A stretch of 64,000 bases of DNA from Thermodesulfobacteriota bacterium (GTDB taxonomy: Bacteria > Desulfobacterota > Binatia > Bin18): NCBI GenBank assembly GCA_964291405.2, contig OZ219926.1:2624001-2688000 (forward strand). Direction: 5' to 3'. The notes beneath the pieces are model-generated. The model worked only from the letters and a program-made list of their open reading frames with translations. It was not told the DNA's origin and made no database searches. Both the position numbers and the translations under genes were made by a program. This document shows positions 1 through 9,711 of this stretch, one piece after another (the stretch's first letter is position 1; each line of letters begins with the position of its first letter).

Positions 1-299
1 GTGCCAACGGTCGAGCGGACTGAGGACGTCGTGCGGCGCTGTTCAAGTGCGACCGTTGGGGACAGGCCGCTGATGGTATCAACATCGGGCTTGGCGTGCT
101 GCGTCAGAAACTGACGCGCCGAGGCGGATAGCGATGCCATATAACGGCGGCGTCCTTCGGCGTAGAGGACATCAAAGGCCAGGGTCGATTTCCCCGACCC
201 GGAGACGCCGGTAATCACCACAAACTTCTGGCGCGGAATCTCAAGGCTGATGTTTTTGAGATTATGTTGGCGCGCACCTCGAATACGAATCGTCTCCAC
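1..299 (-). CDS. uvrA: Excinuclease ABC subunit A, N-terminal part (runs off the window edge; not in ORF track)
   Basis: Manual translation from GTG at 299: [53 protein letters not shown]..., the UvrA N-terminus with Walker A. Confidence 0.92.
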   Translation of the reverse strand, partial: METIRIRGARQHNLKNISLEIPRQKFVVITGVSGSGKSTLAFDVLYAEGRRRYMASLSASARQFLTQHAKPDVDTISGLSPTVALEQRRTTSSVRSTVG

Positions 300-328
300 A
301 ACGCGCAGCCTAGCAGAAAGCCAAAACG

Positions 329-352
329 AGGGTTAGGGATTGGGAGTTGGGG
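329..352. repeat. Short heptamer-like tandem repeat overlapping the gcvPB stop
   Basis: AGGGTTAGGGATTGGGAGTTGGGG, nearly the reverse complement of 40084-40109. Confidence 0.5.
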
Positions 353-1847
353 ATGAGGAGTCTGGCGTGCGACTCCAGCGTAAGACTGGTCGGCGGGCAG
401 CGCGGGTTTCATCCAGGCGGCTGACCGGCGTGGTGAAGGGCGCTTGCTTGAGCAGGTCGGGCTGGTCGGTAATCTCCTGGGCAATGGCCAGCAGCGCGTC
501 GGCAAATTCATCCAGGGTTTCTTTGGTTTCCGTTTCCGTCGGCTCAATCATCAGTGCCCCGCTCACCACTAAGGGGAAATAGATCGTCGGTGCGTAAAAG
601 CCGTAATCAAGCAGACGTTTGGCAATATCCAGGGTCTTTACGCCAGTCTGATGAAACGAGCGATCCGAGAAGACACATTCATGCATACACGGCTCATGGG
701 TGGCCAAGGTGTATACGGATTCGAGCCGTTTACGGAGGTAGTTGGCGTTCAGAATCGCCATGTGTGTGGCATGCGTAAGCCCGTCTCCACCCATTGCCAG
801 AATATAGGCGTAGGCCCGCACCAGGATGCCAAAATTACCGTAGAACGAGCGCACCCGCCCGATTGATTTGGGCGCGGCGTCGGTCCAGGAATAGGTGTCG
901 TTCTGCTGGACGATCCGAGGAACGGGCAGATAGGGCCCTAGAATCTTTTTTACGCCGACCGGCCCGGCACCGGGGCCGCCGCCACCGTGCGGAGTGGAGA
1001 AGGTTTTATGCAGATTAAATTGAATAACATCCGCCCCCATATGACCCGGCTTGGCCACGCCCATCAGGGCGTTGAGGTTGGCGCCGTCCATATACACCAG
1101 CGCCCCGTTCTGGTGCAGCACGTCGGTTATCCGAAGAATCTCGCGCTCAAAGAGTCCGAGCGTATTCGGGTTGGTCACCATCAGGGCGGCTACTTCAGGG
1201 TCCGTACATTTGGCTACGGCGTCGGCGCTGAGCATGCCGTCCGAGCCGGTCGCGACCTGCACGACGTCATAGCCACATAAGGCCGCCGAGGCAGGATTGG
1301 TGCCGTGCGCGCTCGCCGGAATCAAGACTTTCTTACGCGCTGTTCCCCGGTCCTGGTGATAGGCCCGAATGAGCTTCATACCGGTCAACTCGCCCTGCGC
1401 CCCTGCGGCGGGCTGCAAGCTGATGGCATCCATACCGCTGATCTCGGCCAAACAGCGCTCAAGCTCGGCGAGCAACATCAACGCCCCCTGGGCCTGATCG
1501 TCCGGGGTCAGGGGGTGAAGCTGAGCCAAACCCGGCAGGCGAGCCATATACTCATTCACCACCGGGTTATACTTCATCGTGCACGACCCCAGGGGATAGA
1601 GGGTCGTCGCCGCACTCATATTCCACTGGGACAGCCGCGTGAAATGGCGCACCACTTCGCCCTCGCTCACCTCGGGAAAATCATCGAGCGCCTCCCGACA
1701 CAGCTCTACTGGCAGATCACGGGCCTGATCCCGCTCGGGAATATCGTCTCGTGGGAGCGCGTAGCCGACCCGGCCAACTGATCCCCGCGCCGAGATCAGA
1801 GGTTCGTTCAGCATCGTCCGTTTACCAGGGCTGCGCGTCGAAGCCAT
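333..1847 (-). CDS. gcvPB: Glycine dehydrogenase (decarboxylating) subunit 2
   Basis: [21 protein letters not shown] and PLP motif [17 protein letters not shown]. Confidence 0.97.
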   Translation of the reverse strand: MASTRSPGKRTMLNEPLISARGSVGRVGYALPRDDIPERDQARDLPVELCREALDDFPEVSEGEVVRHFTRLSQWNMSAATTLYPLGSCTMKYNPVVNEYMARLPGLAQLHPLTPDDQAQGALMLLAELERCLAEISGMDAISLQPAAGAQGELTGMKLIRAYHQDRGTARKKVLIPASAHGTNPASAALCGYDVVQVATGSDGMLSADAVAKCTDPEVAALMVTNPNTLGLFEREILRITDVLHQNGALVYMDGANLNALMGVAKPGHMGADVIQFNLHKTFSTPHGGGGPGAGPVGVKKILGPYLPVPRIVQQNDTYSWTDAAPKSIGRVRSFYGNFGILVRAYAYILAMGGDGLTHATHMAILNANYLRKRLESVYTLATHEPCMHECVFSDRSFHQTGVKTLDIAKRLLDYGFYAPTIYFPLVVSGALMIEPTETETKETLDEFADALLAIAQEITDQPDLLKQAPFTTPVSRLDETRAARRPVLRWSRTPDSSSPTPNP

Positions 1848-3214
1848 TATGCGACCTGCGTGAGTGTGGCTGTCTGCCGGAGTTGCTGTCCGAAGCGCTC
1901 AATCACTTCCCGTGTGTGGAGTTCGGTTGCGCACACCAAGAGACAATCGTGGAGTTCCTCATACCAGTCTTCCAAAACGATGCCGGCAATGACCCCCTGC
2001 TCTTTGAGACGGGCCCACACGCTACGGGCGTGTGGCACGGTCAGCACACATTCATTAAAAAAGGGACTTGGAAAACGCGCTTGTACGCCGGCCGTCTGCT
2101 GCATCACCTCTGCCAGATAATGACTGCTCTTCACGTTCCGGAGCGCCAATTCGCGCAGCCCCTGTTTGCCCAACAGGCACAGAAAGACGGTGGCGGCCAG
2201 GGCACACAGACCGTGATTGGTACAGATATTTGAGGTTGCTCGCTCCCGCCGGATGTGTTGTTCGCGGGTGGCCAGGGTGAGGACAAATCCGCTACGCCCA
2301 TCCTGGTCGACCGTCTCCCCAACCAGACGACCGGGCATATTCCGGACATGGCGACTCCGGCAGGCAAACAGACCAAGGCCGGGACCACCATAGCTGAGGG
2401 GAATGCCCAGACTCTGCCCCTCTGCCACCGCGATATCGGCCCCGAGTTCGCCGGGGGACTTGAGAATGCCCAATGCCACGGACTCGGGGGTCACGGACAG
2501 GGTCAGCGCGCCAGCGTTCTGTGCAATGCGACTAACGGTCGCGATATCCTCGACCACGCCAAAGACGTTTGGATAGCCGACGACCACGCCACACACGCGC
2601 TCGTCCAAATGCTGTTCCAGGGTCGCCTGGTCAAGCCGGCCGGCTTCATCCCAGCCCAGCTCAACACGCGACAGACCGGGGAAGCCATCCAAATAGGTCC
2701 GAATGACCTGGCGATATTGTGGATGTAGAGAGCGGGCGATCAGCACCCGCGAGCGTTTGGGCAAAATACGCTTGGCCATGAGGACCGCCTCGGCGGTCGC
2801 GGACGCGCCATCGTACATACTGGCGTTGGCGACTTCCAAGCCCAACAGGGAAGCGACCAGCGACTGGAACTCGAAAATGACCTGGAGCGTCCCCTGGCTC
2901 ACCTCGGGTTGATAGGGTGTGTAGGCCGTGGCAAACTCCGCCCGCTGTACGATCTGGTCAACCACGACAGGAACGAGGTGAGCATAGGCTCCGGCTCCAA
3001 GAAAAGACCGCTCCGGACCGTATCCAGTCTGCTGTTCGGCGAACGCACTCAGGCGCTGGGTAATCTCAGACTCCGCCAGACCCGGGGCGAGATCGAGGCT
3101 GGCGTTTTGCCGGAGGTCCTCGGGCAGGTGGCGAATCAGGTCCTCAACGGAATCCACCCCCAGGACGGCCAGCATGGCCTGAATATCGTGCTCAGTATGC
3201 GGGATATAACGCAT
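1847..3214 (-). CDS. gcvPA: Glycine dehydrogenase (decarboxylating) subunit 1
   Basis: MRYIPHT start, TAYTPYQPEVSQGTLQ, NASMYDGASA, TREQHIRRERATSNICTN. Confidence 0.97.
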   Translation of the reverse strand: MRYIPHTEHDIQAMLAVLGVDSVEDLIRHLPEDLRQNASLDLAPGLAESEITQRLSAFAEQQTGYGPERSFLGAGAYAHLVPVVVDQIVQRAEFATAYTPYQPEVSQGTLQVIFEFQSLVASLLGLEVANASMYDGASATAEAVLMAKRILPKRSRVLIARSLHPQYRQVIRTYLDGFPGLSRVELGWDEAGRLDQATLEQHLDERVCGVVVGYPNVFGVVEDIATVSRIAQNAGALTLSVTPESVALGILKSPGELGADIAVAEGQSLGIPLSYGGPGLGLFACRSRHVRNMPGRLVGETVDQDGRSGFVLTLATREQHIRRERATSNICTNHGLCALAATVFLCLLGKQGLRELALRNVKSSHYLAEVMQQTAGVQARFPSPFFNECVLTVPHARSVWARLKEQGVIAGIVLEDWYEELHDCLLVCATELHTREVIERFGQQLRQTATLTQVA

Positions 3215-3220
3215 GACGGG

Positions 3221-3322
3221 TTGGGTTTGTTGGGTCTATGGAGTCTTTTGAGTCTGTTGGGTCGAGACTCAATGGACTCAACGACTCCATAGACCCAATG
3301 ACTCTAGTGGATTCAATAGACC
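3221..3322. repeat. Inverted array of 9-mer tandem repeats in the gcvH-gcvPA spacer
   Basis: Five units TTGGGTTTG/TTGGGTCTA/TGGAGTCTT/TTGAGTCTG/TTGGGTCGA, then about six reverse-complement units (GACTCAATG, GACTCCATA, GACCCAAT...). Confidence 0.75.
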
Positions 3323-3324
3323 TT

Positions 3325-3729
3325 TTATTCATCGGCGTCTTCCTGTTCTTCTTCAATAAAGCGCTCATATTCCTCAGCGGTCATGAGCGCATCCAGCTCT
3401 TCGGGATCGTTCATTTCAACCTGGACCAGCCAGGCGTCGCCATACGGATCTTCATTGATCGTCTCCGGCGTGTTCAGCAGTTCAGTATTGACTTCTTTGA
3501 CCGTACCACTCACCGGGGCGTAGATGTCAGATACGGCTTTGACCGATTCAACAACGCCAAAGGGCTCATCTTGTGTCAGCTGGGTATCCGGTTCGGGCAA
3601 CTCAACAAACACGACATCCCCAAGCTGGTCTTGGGCGTAATCGGTGATGCCGATGGTTGCCAGATTCTCCTCCTCAACCAAGACCCATTCGTGCTCCTGT
3701 GAGTAGCGTAACTCCTTTGGGGCTTCCAT
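3325..3729 (-). CDS. gcvH: Glycine cleavage system H protein
   Basis: LRYSQEHEWV, GITDYAQDQLGDVVFVELP, lipoyl motif VESVKAVSD; start moved to MEAPK after a GGAGG RBS. Confidence 0.97.
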   Translation of the reverse strand: MEAPKELRYSQEHEWVLVEEENLATIGITDYAQDQLGDVVFVELPEPDTQLTQDEPFGVVESVKAVSDIYAPVSGTVKEVNTELLNTPETINEDPYGDAWLVQVEMNDPEELDALMTAEEYERFIEEEQEDADE

Positions 3730-3740
3730 AACCTCCTCCC

Positions 3741-4832
3741 TTACTTGCTCCTCCGATAAAATGGCGTCTTTACGACCGTTGCTGGAATGTGGCGATTCCG
3801 GATCGCAACTGCCAGTGGTGTTCCACTGTCCGTGCATGCTGGGGAAACATAGCCTAACGCGATACCGACGCCCAGCATGGGAGACTGGGTTCCACTGGTC
3901 ACCACACCGGCCTCCTGATCTTCACTCCAAATCGTATACGCATGGCGAGGAATGCCGGCCCCTTCCATCTTGATCCCCACCAGGTATTTTTCAATCCTAC
4001 CAATCTGCTGCTTACGCAGGGCCTCGGACCCAATAAAGGGACCAGCCTCAAAATGGACGAGACGCATTAAGCCGGCCTCCAGCGGTGTGGTCCGGGCATC
4101 AATATCGTTGCCGTATAAAAGATAGCCGGCCTCCAGGCGGAGCGTATCCCGCGCCCCCAGGCCGACAGGGACCAGGTTCGCCGGACCTCCTGCCTCGCCG
4201 CACGCCTGCCAGATATGTTCGGCCCGCTCAGCCGGGACAAACAGCTCAAAACCGTCTTCTCCGGTGTAGCCGGTTCGTGCCAGCAGGGTCGGCACCCCGG
4301 CCACCTCCCTCCGGGCTGCCCAATAGCGACGAATGGACGAAAGATCGTGCGGTGTCAGCTGGGACAGAACCGTCTGTGCCTGCGGACCCTGGAGGGCGAC
4401 CAGCGCATACTCGTCACTCCGGTCAGTCAACTCGGCACGGCCACGATTGTGTTCTGCCATCCACTCGTAGTCGGTCGTGCGATTGGCGGCATTCACGCAC
4501 ACCAGATAGCGCTCCTCGGCCAGACGATAGATAATGACGTCGTCGACTATGCCACCATCGGCAAAACACATGACCGAGTACTGGGCCTGCATGATCTGGA
4601 TGCGGGCAATATCGGTGACGAATAGTTCCTGACAGACCGCATACGCCAGGGGACCGGCTATCTCGATCTCACCCATATGGCTCAGGTCAAACAGGCCGAC
4701 CTGCGCCCGCACGGCCCGGTGCTCGGCGAGAATCCCGGTATAGTGAACGGGCATCTGCCAGCCACCGAATTCAATCATGCGTGCACCCAAGGCACGATGC
4801 ACCTTATACAGCGGCGTTCGGTTGGCCTCCAT
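3741..4832 (-). CDS. gcvT: Glycine cleavage system aminomethyltransferase T
   Basis: FGGWQMPVHY, LFDLSHMGEI, ARTGYTGEDGFE, GLGARDTLRLEAG. Confidence 0.97.
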   Translation of the reverse strand: MEANRTPLYKVHRALGARMIEFGGWQMPVHYTGILAEHRAVRAQVGLFDLSHMGEIEIAGPLAYAVCQELFVTDIARIQIMQAQYSVMCFADGGIVDDVIIYRLAEERYLVCVNAANRTTDYEWMAEHNRGRAELTDRSDEYALVALQGPQAQTVLSQLTPHDLSSIRRYWAARREVAGVPTLLARTGYTGEDGFELFVPAERAEHIWQACGEAGGPANLVPVGLGARDTLRLEAGYLLYGNDIDARTTPLEAGLMRLVHFEAGPFIGSEALRKQQIGRIEKYLVGIKMEGAGIPRHAYTIWSEDQEAGVVTSGTQSPMLGVGIALGYVSPACTDSGTPLAVAIRNRHIPATVVKTPFYRRSK

Positions 4833-4834
4833 AT

Positions 4835-5704
4835 TTATATCCGAACTTTTGTCTGCTTTTCCGCAGTCTGGACAGTGTTGGCTAAGAGCATAGCAACCGT
4901 CAGCGGTCCGACCCCGCCTGGGACAGGAGAAATATAGGCGGCGCGATCCTTGGCAATAGCGAACTCCACATCCCCTTTCAGCAACCCATTAGAACCCCGC
5001 GAGATGCCAACATCAATGACACCTGCCCCTTCTTTTATCCAGTCTCCTTTGATGGCGTCAATTTGTCCGATTGCGGTCACGACAAGATCGGCCTGGCGTA
5101 TGTGGTCGGCGAGATTGGCCGTCTGCGAGTGGCAGGTTGTCACGGTCGCGTTGCGTTCCAACAGCAGGAGGGCTATCGGTTTGCCGACCAGATTGCTCCG
5201 ACCAACAACGACCGCGCGCTTGCCTTCGATAGCCAGACCGCTCTGATCGATGAGATGTATCACGCCCAGCGGGGTGCAGGGGCGGAGCCCGTCCTGGCCT
5301 AATACCAGCCGCCCCTGATTCACCGGATGGAGCCCATCCACGTCCTTGTCCGGCCGGATGGCCTCAATCAGGGACGCCGGCTCCAAATGGTCGGGCAGCG
5401 GAAGCTGGAGCAGAATACCGTGGACATCGGGACCCGCGTTGAGCCGACCAATGAGCGTGACGACTTCGTCGGCCGATGCGGTCGCCGGCAGGCGATGGCC
5501 GAAGGGCGCAATACCGACCTCACGGCAGGCTTTTTCCTTGGTGCTGACATAGGCGCGCGAGGCCGGCTCCTCACCGATCAGAATCGTCGCTAGCCCCGGT
5601 TGCCAGTCTTGGCGTCCGGGCTGTTGCCGAATTCGAGCAATACGTTCTTTCAGATCCTGGCGGATTGTTCGCGCATATTGCTTTCCATCAAGTACCACAC
5701 CCAT
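4835..5704 (-). CDS. folD: Methylenetetrahydrofolate dehydrogenase/cyclohydrolase
   Basis: KDVDGLHP, PCTPLG, GRSNLVGKP, PVPGGVGPLT; start at MGVVLDGK inferred. Confidence 0.96.
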   Translation of the reverse strand: MGVVLDGKQYARTIRQDLKERIARIRQQPGRQDWQPGLATILIGEEPASRAYVSTKEKACREVGIAPFGHRLPATASADEVVTLIGRLNAGPDVHGILLQLPLPDHLEPASLIEAIRPDKDVDGLHPVNQGRLVLGQDGLRPCTPLGVIHLIDQSGLAIEGKRAVVVGRSNLVGKPIALLLLERNATVTTCHSQTANLADHIRQADLVVTAIGQIDAIKGDWIKEGAGVIDVGISRGSNGLLKGDVEFAIAKDRAAYISPVPGGVGPLTVAMLLANTVQTAEKQTKVRI

Positions 5705-5763
5705 GCTACAGTCAAGATACGCGAAGCTCTTCTCCAATGTAAAGCAAAGACAGGAGCGCTCGT

Positions 5764-6891
5764 ATGGTGATTGGTATTCCCAAGGAGATCAAAGCTGAGG
5801 AGACCCGTGTGGCCATCACGCCCAGTGGCGTCGCCGCTCTGGTGGCGCACGGTCACCGAGTTGTCATTGAAACCCAGGCCGGTGCCGGGAGCAGTATTTC
5901 TGACGAGCAGTATGCTGCGGCCGGGGCGCATATCCAGGGCTCCGCTCAAGAGGTCTGGACACAGGCCGACCTCATCCTCAAGGTCAAAGAACCCCTGGCT
6001 GCCGAGTATCCCTTGCTGCGGCCTGGTCTCATCCTGTTTACCTACCTCCATCTCGCCGCAGCAGAACAGCTCACCCGGGTACTGCTGGACCGGCAGGTGA
6101 CCGCGCTCGGCTATGAAACCATTCAGTTGGAGGATGGCTCACTACCGCTGCTCGCGCCTATGAGCGAGGTGGCCGGGCGGTTGGCTTTTCAGGTTGGAGC
6201 CTGGAGTCTCCAGGCCCATAACGGCGGTCGGGGCGTGTTGCTGAGTGGCGCGTCCGGGGTGAAGCCCGGCCATGTGGTCATTCTCGGCGCCGGTATAGCC
6301 GGAGCAAATGCCTGTCAGGTGGCCGTTGGCGTGGGGGCCTATGTGAGCATTCTGGATATCAATCCGGCGCGCTTGCGCTATGTCCACGACATTCTTGGCG
6401 GCCACGTTACCACCGTCATGTCCAACCGGGCCAATATCGAGGAAGAGGTGACTGCTGCCGACCTGGTCATCAGTTCGGTTCTGGTGCCCGGCGCTCGTGC
6501 GCCCAGGTTGCTGACGCGGGACCTGTTCCGGAATATGCGCGCTGGCGCGGCGTTTGTTGATATCTCCATCGATCAGGGCGGCAGCGCCGAAACCTCACGT
6601 CCGACCACTCACCACGATCCGGTTTACCGCGAGGAAGAGGTAGTACATTACTGCGTCACCAATATGCCGGCCATCGTGCCACACACTTCGACCTATGCCC
6701 TGACCAATGTCACCCTGTCTTACGCCCTTGAACTGGCCGACAAGGGGGTAACCGCCGCCCTACGCGAAAACCCCGCCCTGCAACGCGGGCTGAACACCAT
6801 GAACGGCCAGGTTGTCCACCCCGGCGTGGCCGCCGCCTTCGACCTGCCCCGCGCCGACACTACCGAGAAACTGTTCGCCAACACCGGATAA
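5764..6891 (+). CDS. ald: Alanine dehydrogenase
   Basis: IGIPKEIK, LFTYLHLAA, LPLLAPMSEVAGR, IDQGG, HYCVTNMP. Confidence 0.95.
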   Translation: MVIGIPKEIKAEETRVAITPSGVAALVAHGHRVVIETQAGAGSSISDEQYAAAGAHIQGSAQEVWTQADLILKVKEPLAAEYPLLRPGLILFTYLHLAAAEQLTRVLLDRQVTALGYETIQLEDGSLPLLAPMSEVAGRLAFQVGAWSLQAHNGGRGVLLSGASGVKPGHVVILGAGIAGANACQVAVGVGAYVSILDINPARLRYVHDILGGHVTTVMSNRANIEEEVTAADLVISSVLVPGARAPRLLTRDLFRNMRAGAAFVDISIDQGGSAETSRPTTHHDPVYREEEVVHYCVTNMPAIVPHTSTYALTNVTLSYALELADKGVTAALRENPALQRGLNTMNGQVVHPGVAAAFDLPRADTTEKLFANTG

Positions 6892-6949
6892 TCTACATAA
6901 TGCTCCGCGGACCCTGTGCCCGGTCCATGATTGGCATTACGCGGTCGAA

Positions 6950-9670
6950 TTACTCGTGCGTTTCCAACTGCACCTCGATAATCACGAAATTCTGGCTTGC
7001 CTCTTGCCACTCGACCGTCACTATTGTGTTCGGCTCGGGGAAGTCGGGCAGGTCGTACACACCACTCGCGCCCGTCAGGAACGCCTCGCCCAAGGTCGTG
7101 ACGGTAAACGTCGCTCGCCCGAACTCTTCGCCATCGGCCAAGGCTCGCACCGTGTGCTCACCGTCGCCGAGGTCGTTCCAGTTCAGCCGCAGCCCAAAGC
7201 CGGTGTTGCTGTCGTCGCATATCTCTGCCGTATCCGCCCGGTCGGTGCCGTAGGCGGCCTCGAAGATATCCGTGCCGTCGATTTCAATCTCGACCTGCTC
7301 GGCCCCACACACCCAGCCCGACACGAGGCCGAACCCGCTCTGGAACGAGTCGGGGGCGGGATTCTCCAATGTGCCTATCAGATCGCTCAGGACGGGTGGA
7401 TCGTCCTGGGTGGACGGATCATCCATTGGGGGCTCACTCTCGGCGGCGGGCGAGGCTGTGGCAATCGCAAAGTTTTGTGCTGCCTCTTGCCATACGAGCC
7501 GCGTCTGCTGGCCTGTGTCGGGAAAGTCGGGCAGCAGGTAGTCGCCCTGGGCATCTCGCAGGAACTCGACGCCAAACGTAGTCACACGGAAGGTGGCTGA
7601 CCCGAATTCCACTCCATCGGCTAAGGCTCGCACCGTATGCTTGCCGTCGCTTAACCGGTTCCAGTTGAAGACCAGCCCGAAGCCATTATCACGGTCGCCA
7701 CAGGCATCGAGGGTATCCTCCCGGTCGGTGCCATAGGGCGCTGTCACGATGATCTCCCCGTCAAACTCCAGTTCGACCTGCTCGGCTTCGCAGACCCAAC
7801 CTGTCACGAGCCCGATCCCGCTATGAAACTCCTCCATATCCACGGCACCGGCAGTGAAGTTGACCACGAGCGTGTACGGCCCGGTCAAGGTGCCATAGCC
7901 CTGTACCGCAACCGCATACGTGCCGGCGTTGACCGGGACGGTCAGTAGAAAATTGTCTCCATCGCCACCATCATCATCGGAGGCGATTTCCGTGTCGCCC
8001 TGCCAGAGCGTCCCGACGGTATCCAGCGGTCCGTCGGTCGTGATGACCAATGTCCCGGTGTGGGGCACGGCAATCTGAAAGTAATCGACATCATGCGCCG
8101 GGCCAATCTGACCTGGGGTCGATGAGGTCGAACTGACACGCGTTGCCGTGCCTGGCGTATCAGCGTGGGTGTCGGCGGGCGGCGTTAGCGGGGCAACATC
8201 CGGTGTGAACGGCTCGCTCGATACGGTTGGCATCAAACCTCGGTAGCATGGGAGGTCGAGGTAGCAGGAATTGCTTGGATCGCTTGGAACCGATGGCGCG
8301 GCACCCAGCGTGATCCGTACCGGGCCGCCGGTTGGAATGACCGTGAGCGGGGGACTGATGACGCTTCCGGTGGAAACGGTGACAGATGGAGTAGACAGCG
8401 TGGCGCCGATGGCCGACACGGGGACCGTCATATCAAACGGTGCACCAGTCGCGACCTTGACGACGACGCCACCGGCAGGCGTGGAGTTCTCCAGCGTCAT
8501 CGCCACGGGAAAGGGGGCACCAGGGTTGGCGTTGAGCCACACTCGCTGCAGGCGGGCGAGACCGGCAAACACCTTGGGCGGCAGGGCGGTGAGGTGGTTG
8601 CCGCTGAGATCTAAGACCCCCAGGCTGCTCAGGCCGGTGAAGAGCGTCGGTGGAAGGGTGGTGAGCTGATTCGTATCAAGAAACAATCTTGCCAGATTGG
8701 TCAGGTCGGTAAAGACGTCGGGCGAGAGAGCAGTGAGGCGGTTGCGGCTGAGGGACAGGACCCGCAGATTGGTCAGGCCGGTAAAGACATCGGGCGGGAT
8801 GGCGGCGAGGTCGTTTTCGTGGAGATACAAGCTTCCCAGATTGGTCAGGCCGGTAAAGATGTTGGGCGGGAGGGCGGTGAGGTGGTTGTCGTGGAGCAAT
8901 AAGGTCTGCAGATTGGTCAGGCCGGTAAAGATGTCGGGCGGGAGGGCGGTGAGGAAGTTATTCCTGAGCGATAAGGTCTCCAAGCTGGTGAGGTTGGCGA
9001 AGACATCGGGGGGAAGAGTCGTGAATTCGTTGCCAGAGACCACCAAGTACTCCAGATTGGTCAGGCCGGCAAAGATGCCGGACGGGAGGGTGGTGAGGCG
9101 GGTGTCGTTGAGCCACATGGTCTGCAGATTGGTCAGGCCGGCAAAGACGTCGGGCGGGATGGCGGTGAAGTCGTTGTCGTCGAGGTCCAAAACTCTCAAA
9201 TTGGTGAGGTCGGCGAAGACGTTGGGGGAGAGGGTGGCGAGGTCGTTGTGCCACAGGTTCAACTGTCGCAAATTGGTGAGGCCGGCGAAGATGTTGGGGG
9301 GGAGAGCGGTGAGTTCGTTATCGTAGAGATCCAACTGCTCCAAGCTGGTGAGACCGGCAAAGTCATCCGACTGTAATGTTTCTATGCGTTCGGAGCCCAG
9401 ACTCAAAACACTAATACGGCCGAGCTGGTCGGGTGTCACATCGGCGCAGGTCACCCCGCCTCCGACTATAGCGACGAGGGCGTCTCTCACCTGCGGGGTC
9501 CGGTCGCAGACACCGGTCTGCGTCTGTGCCTGAGCCGTGGAAGACAGCACGAACAGGCTGATGGTCAGGAGGAAGAGAAGGCAGGCTCTTCCTATGCTCC
9601 AAAGGTGGCATCCCTGCTTTTGAGGCCCCCGGCCCACATCACTACGCTTGATAGTCATAGCCATCCTCAC
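6950..9670 (-). CDS. Secreted leucine-rich-repeat surface protein (signal peptide, about 12.5 LRRs, PPC-like domain, duplicated C-terminal domain)
   Basis: Hydrophobic N-terminus ending AQA; 24-aa LxxLxLxxNxLxxLPxxxFxGLTN repeats; DVDYF...DDDGGDGDNF...YTL PPC-like segment; two GWVC...YGTDRxDT...NWNxLxDG repeats. Confidence 0.9.
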   Translation of the reverse strand: MRMAMTIKRSDVGRGPQKQGCHLWSIGRACLLFLLTISLFVLSSTAQAQTQTGVCDRTPQVRDALVAIVGGGVTCADVTPDQLGRISVLSLGSERIETLQSDDFAGLTSLEQLDLYDNELTALPPNIFAGLTNLRQLNLWHNDLATLSPNVFADLTNLRVLDLDDNDFTAIPPDVFAGLTNLQTMWLNDTRLTTLPSGIFAGLTNLEYLVVSGNEFTTLPPDVFANLTSLETLSLRNNFLTALPPDIFTGLTNLQTLLLHDNHLTALPPNIFTGLTNLGSLYLHENDLAAIPPDVFTGLTNLRVLSLSRNRLTALSPDVFTDLTNLARLFLDTNQLTTLPPTLFTGLSSLGVLDLSGNHLTALPPKVFAGLARLQRVWLNANPGAPFPVAMTLENSTPAGGVVVKVATGAPFDMTVPVSAIGATLSTPSVTVSTGSVISPPLTVIPTGGPVRITLGAAPSVPSDPSNSCYLDLPCYRGLMPTVSSEPFTPDVAPLTPPADTHADTPGTATRVSSTSSTPGQIGPAHDVDYFQIAVPHTGTLVITTDGPLDTVGTLWQGDTEIASDDDGGDGDNFLLTVPVNAGTYAVAVQGYGTLTGPYTLVVNFTAGAVDMEEFHSGIGLVTGWVCEAEQVELEFDGEIIVTAPYGTDREDTLDACGDRDNGFGLVFNWNRLSDGKHTVRALADGVEFGSATFRVTTFGVEFLRDAQGDYLLPDFPDTGQQTRLVWQEAAQNFAIATASPAAESEPPMDDPSTQDDPPVLSDLIGTLENPAPDSFQSGFGLVSGWVCGAEQVEIEIDGTDIFEAAYGTDRADTAEICDDSNTGFGLRLNWNDLGDGEHTVRALADGEEFGRATFTVTTLGEAFLTGASGVYDLPDFPEPNTIVTVEWQEASQNFVIIEVQLETHE
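8530..9420 (-). repeat. 72-bp coding tandem repeats (24-aa LRR units)
   Basis: Recurrent AGATTGGTCAGGCCGG at 72-nt periodicity; boundaries approximate. Confidence 0.9.
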
Positions 9671-9711
9671 TCCTCAGCAGACACAAGATTCAGTTATAGG
9701 GCGCAGAACTA

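Noticed and set aside
4833-5763. Glycine riboswitch upstream of the gcv genes
   Set aside because: No intergenic room (2 bp before gcvT, about 60 bp before folD) and no recognisable aptamer
8530-9420. Regular repeats with variable intervening sequence, superficially CRISPR-like or DGR-like
   Set aside because: The 72-nt period is in frame within a coding LRR; there are no cas genes, reverse transcriptase or adenine-specific template/variable pair
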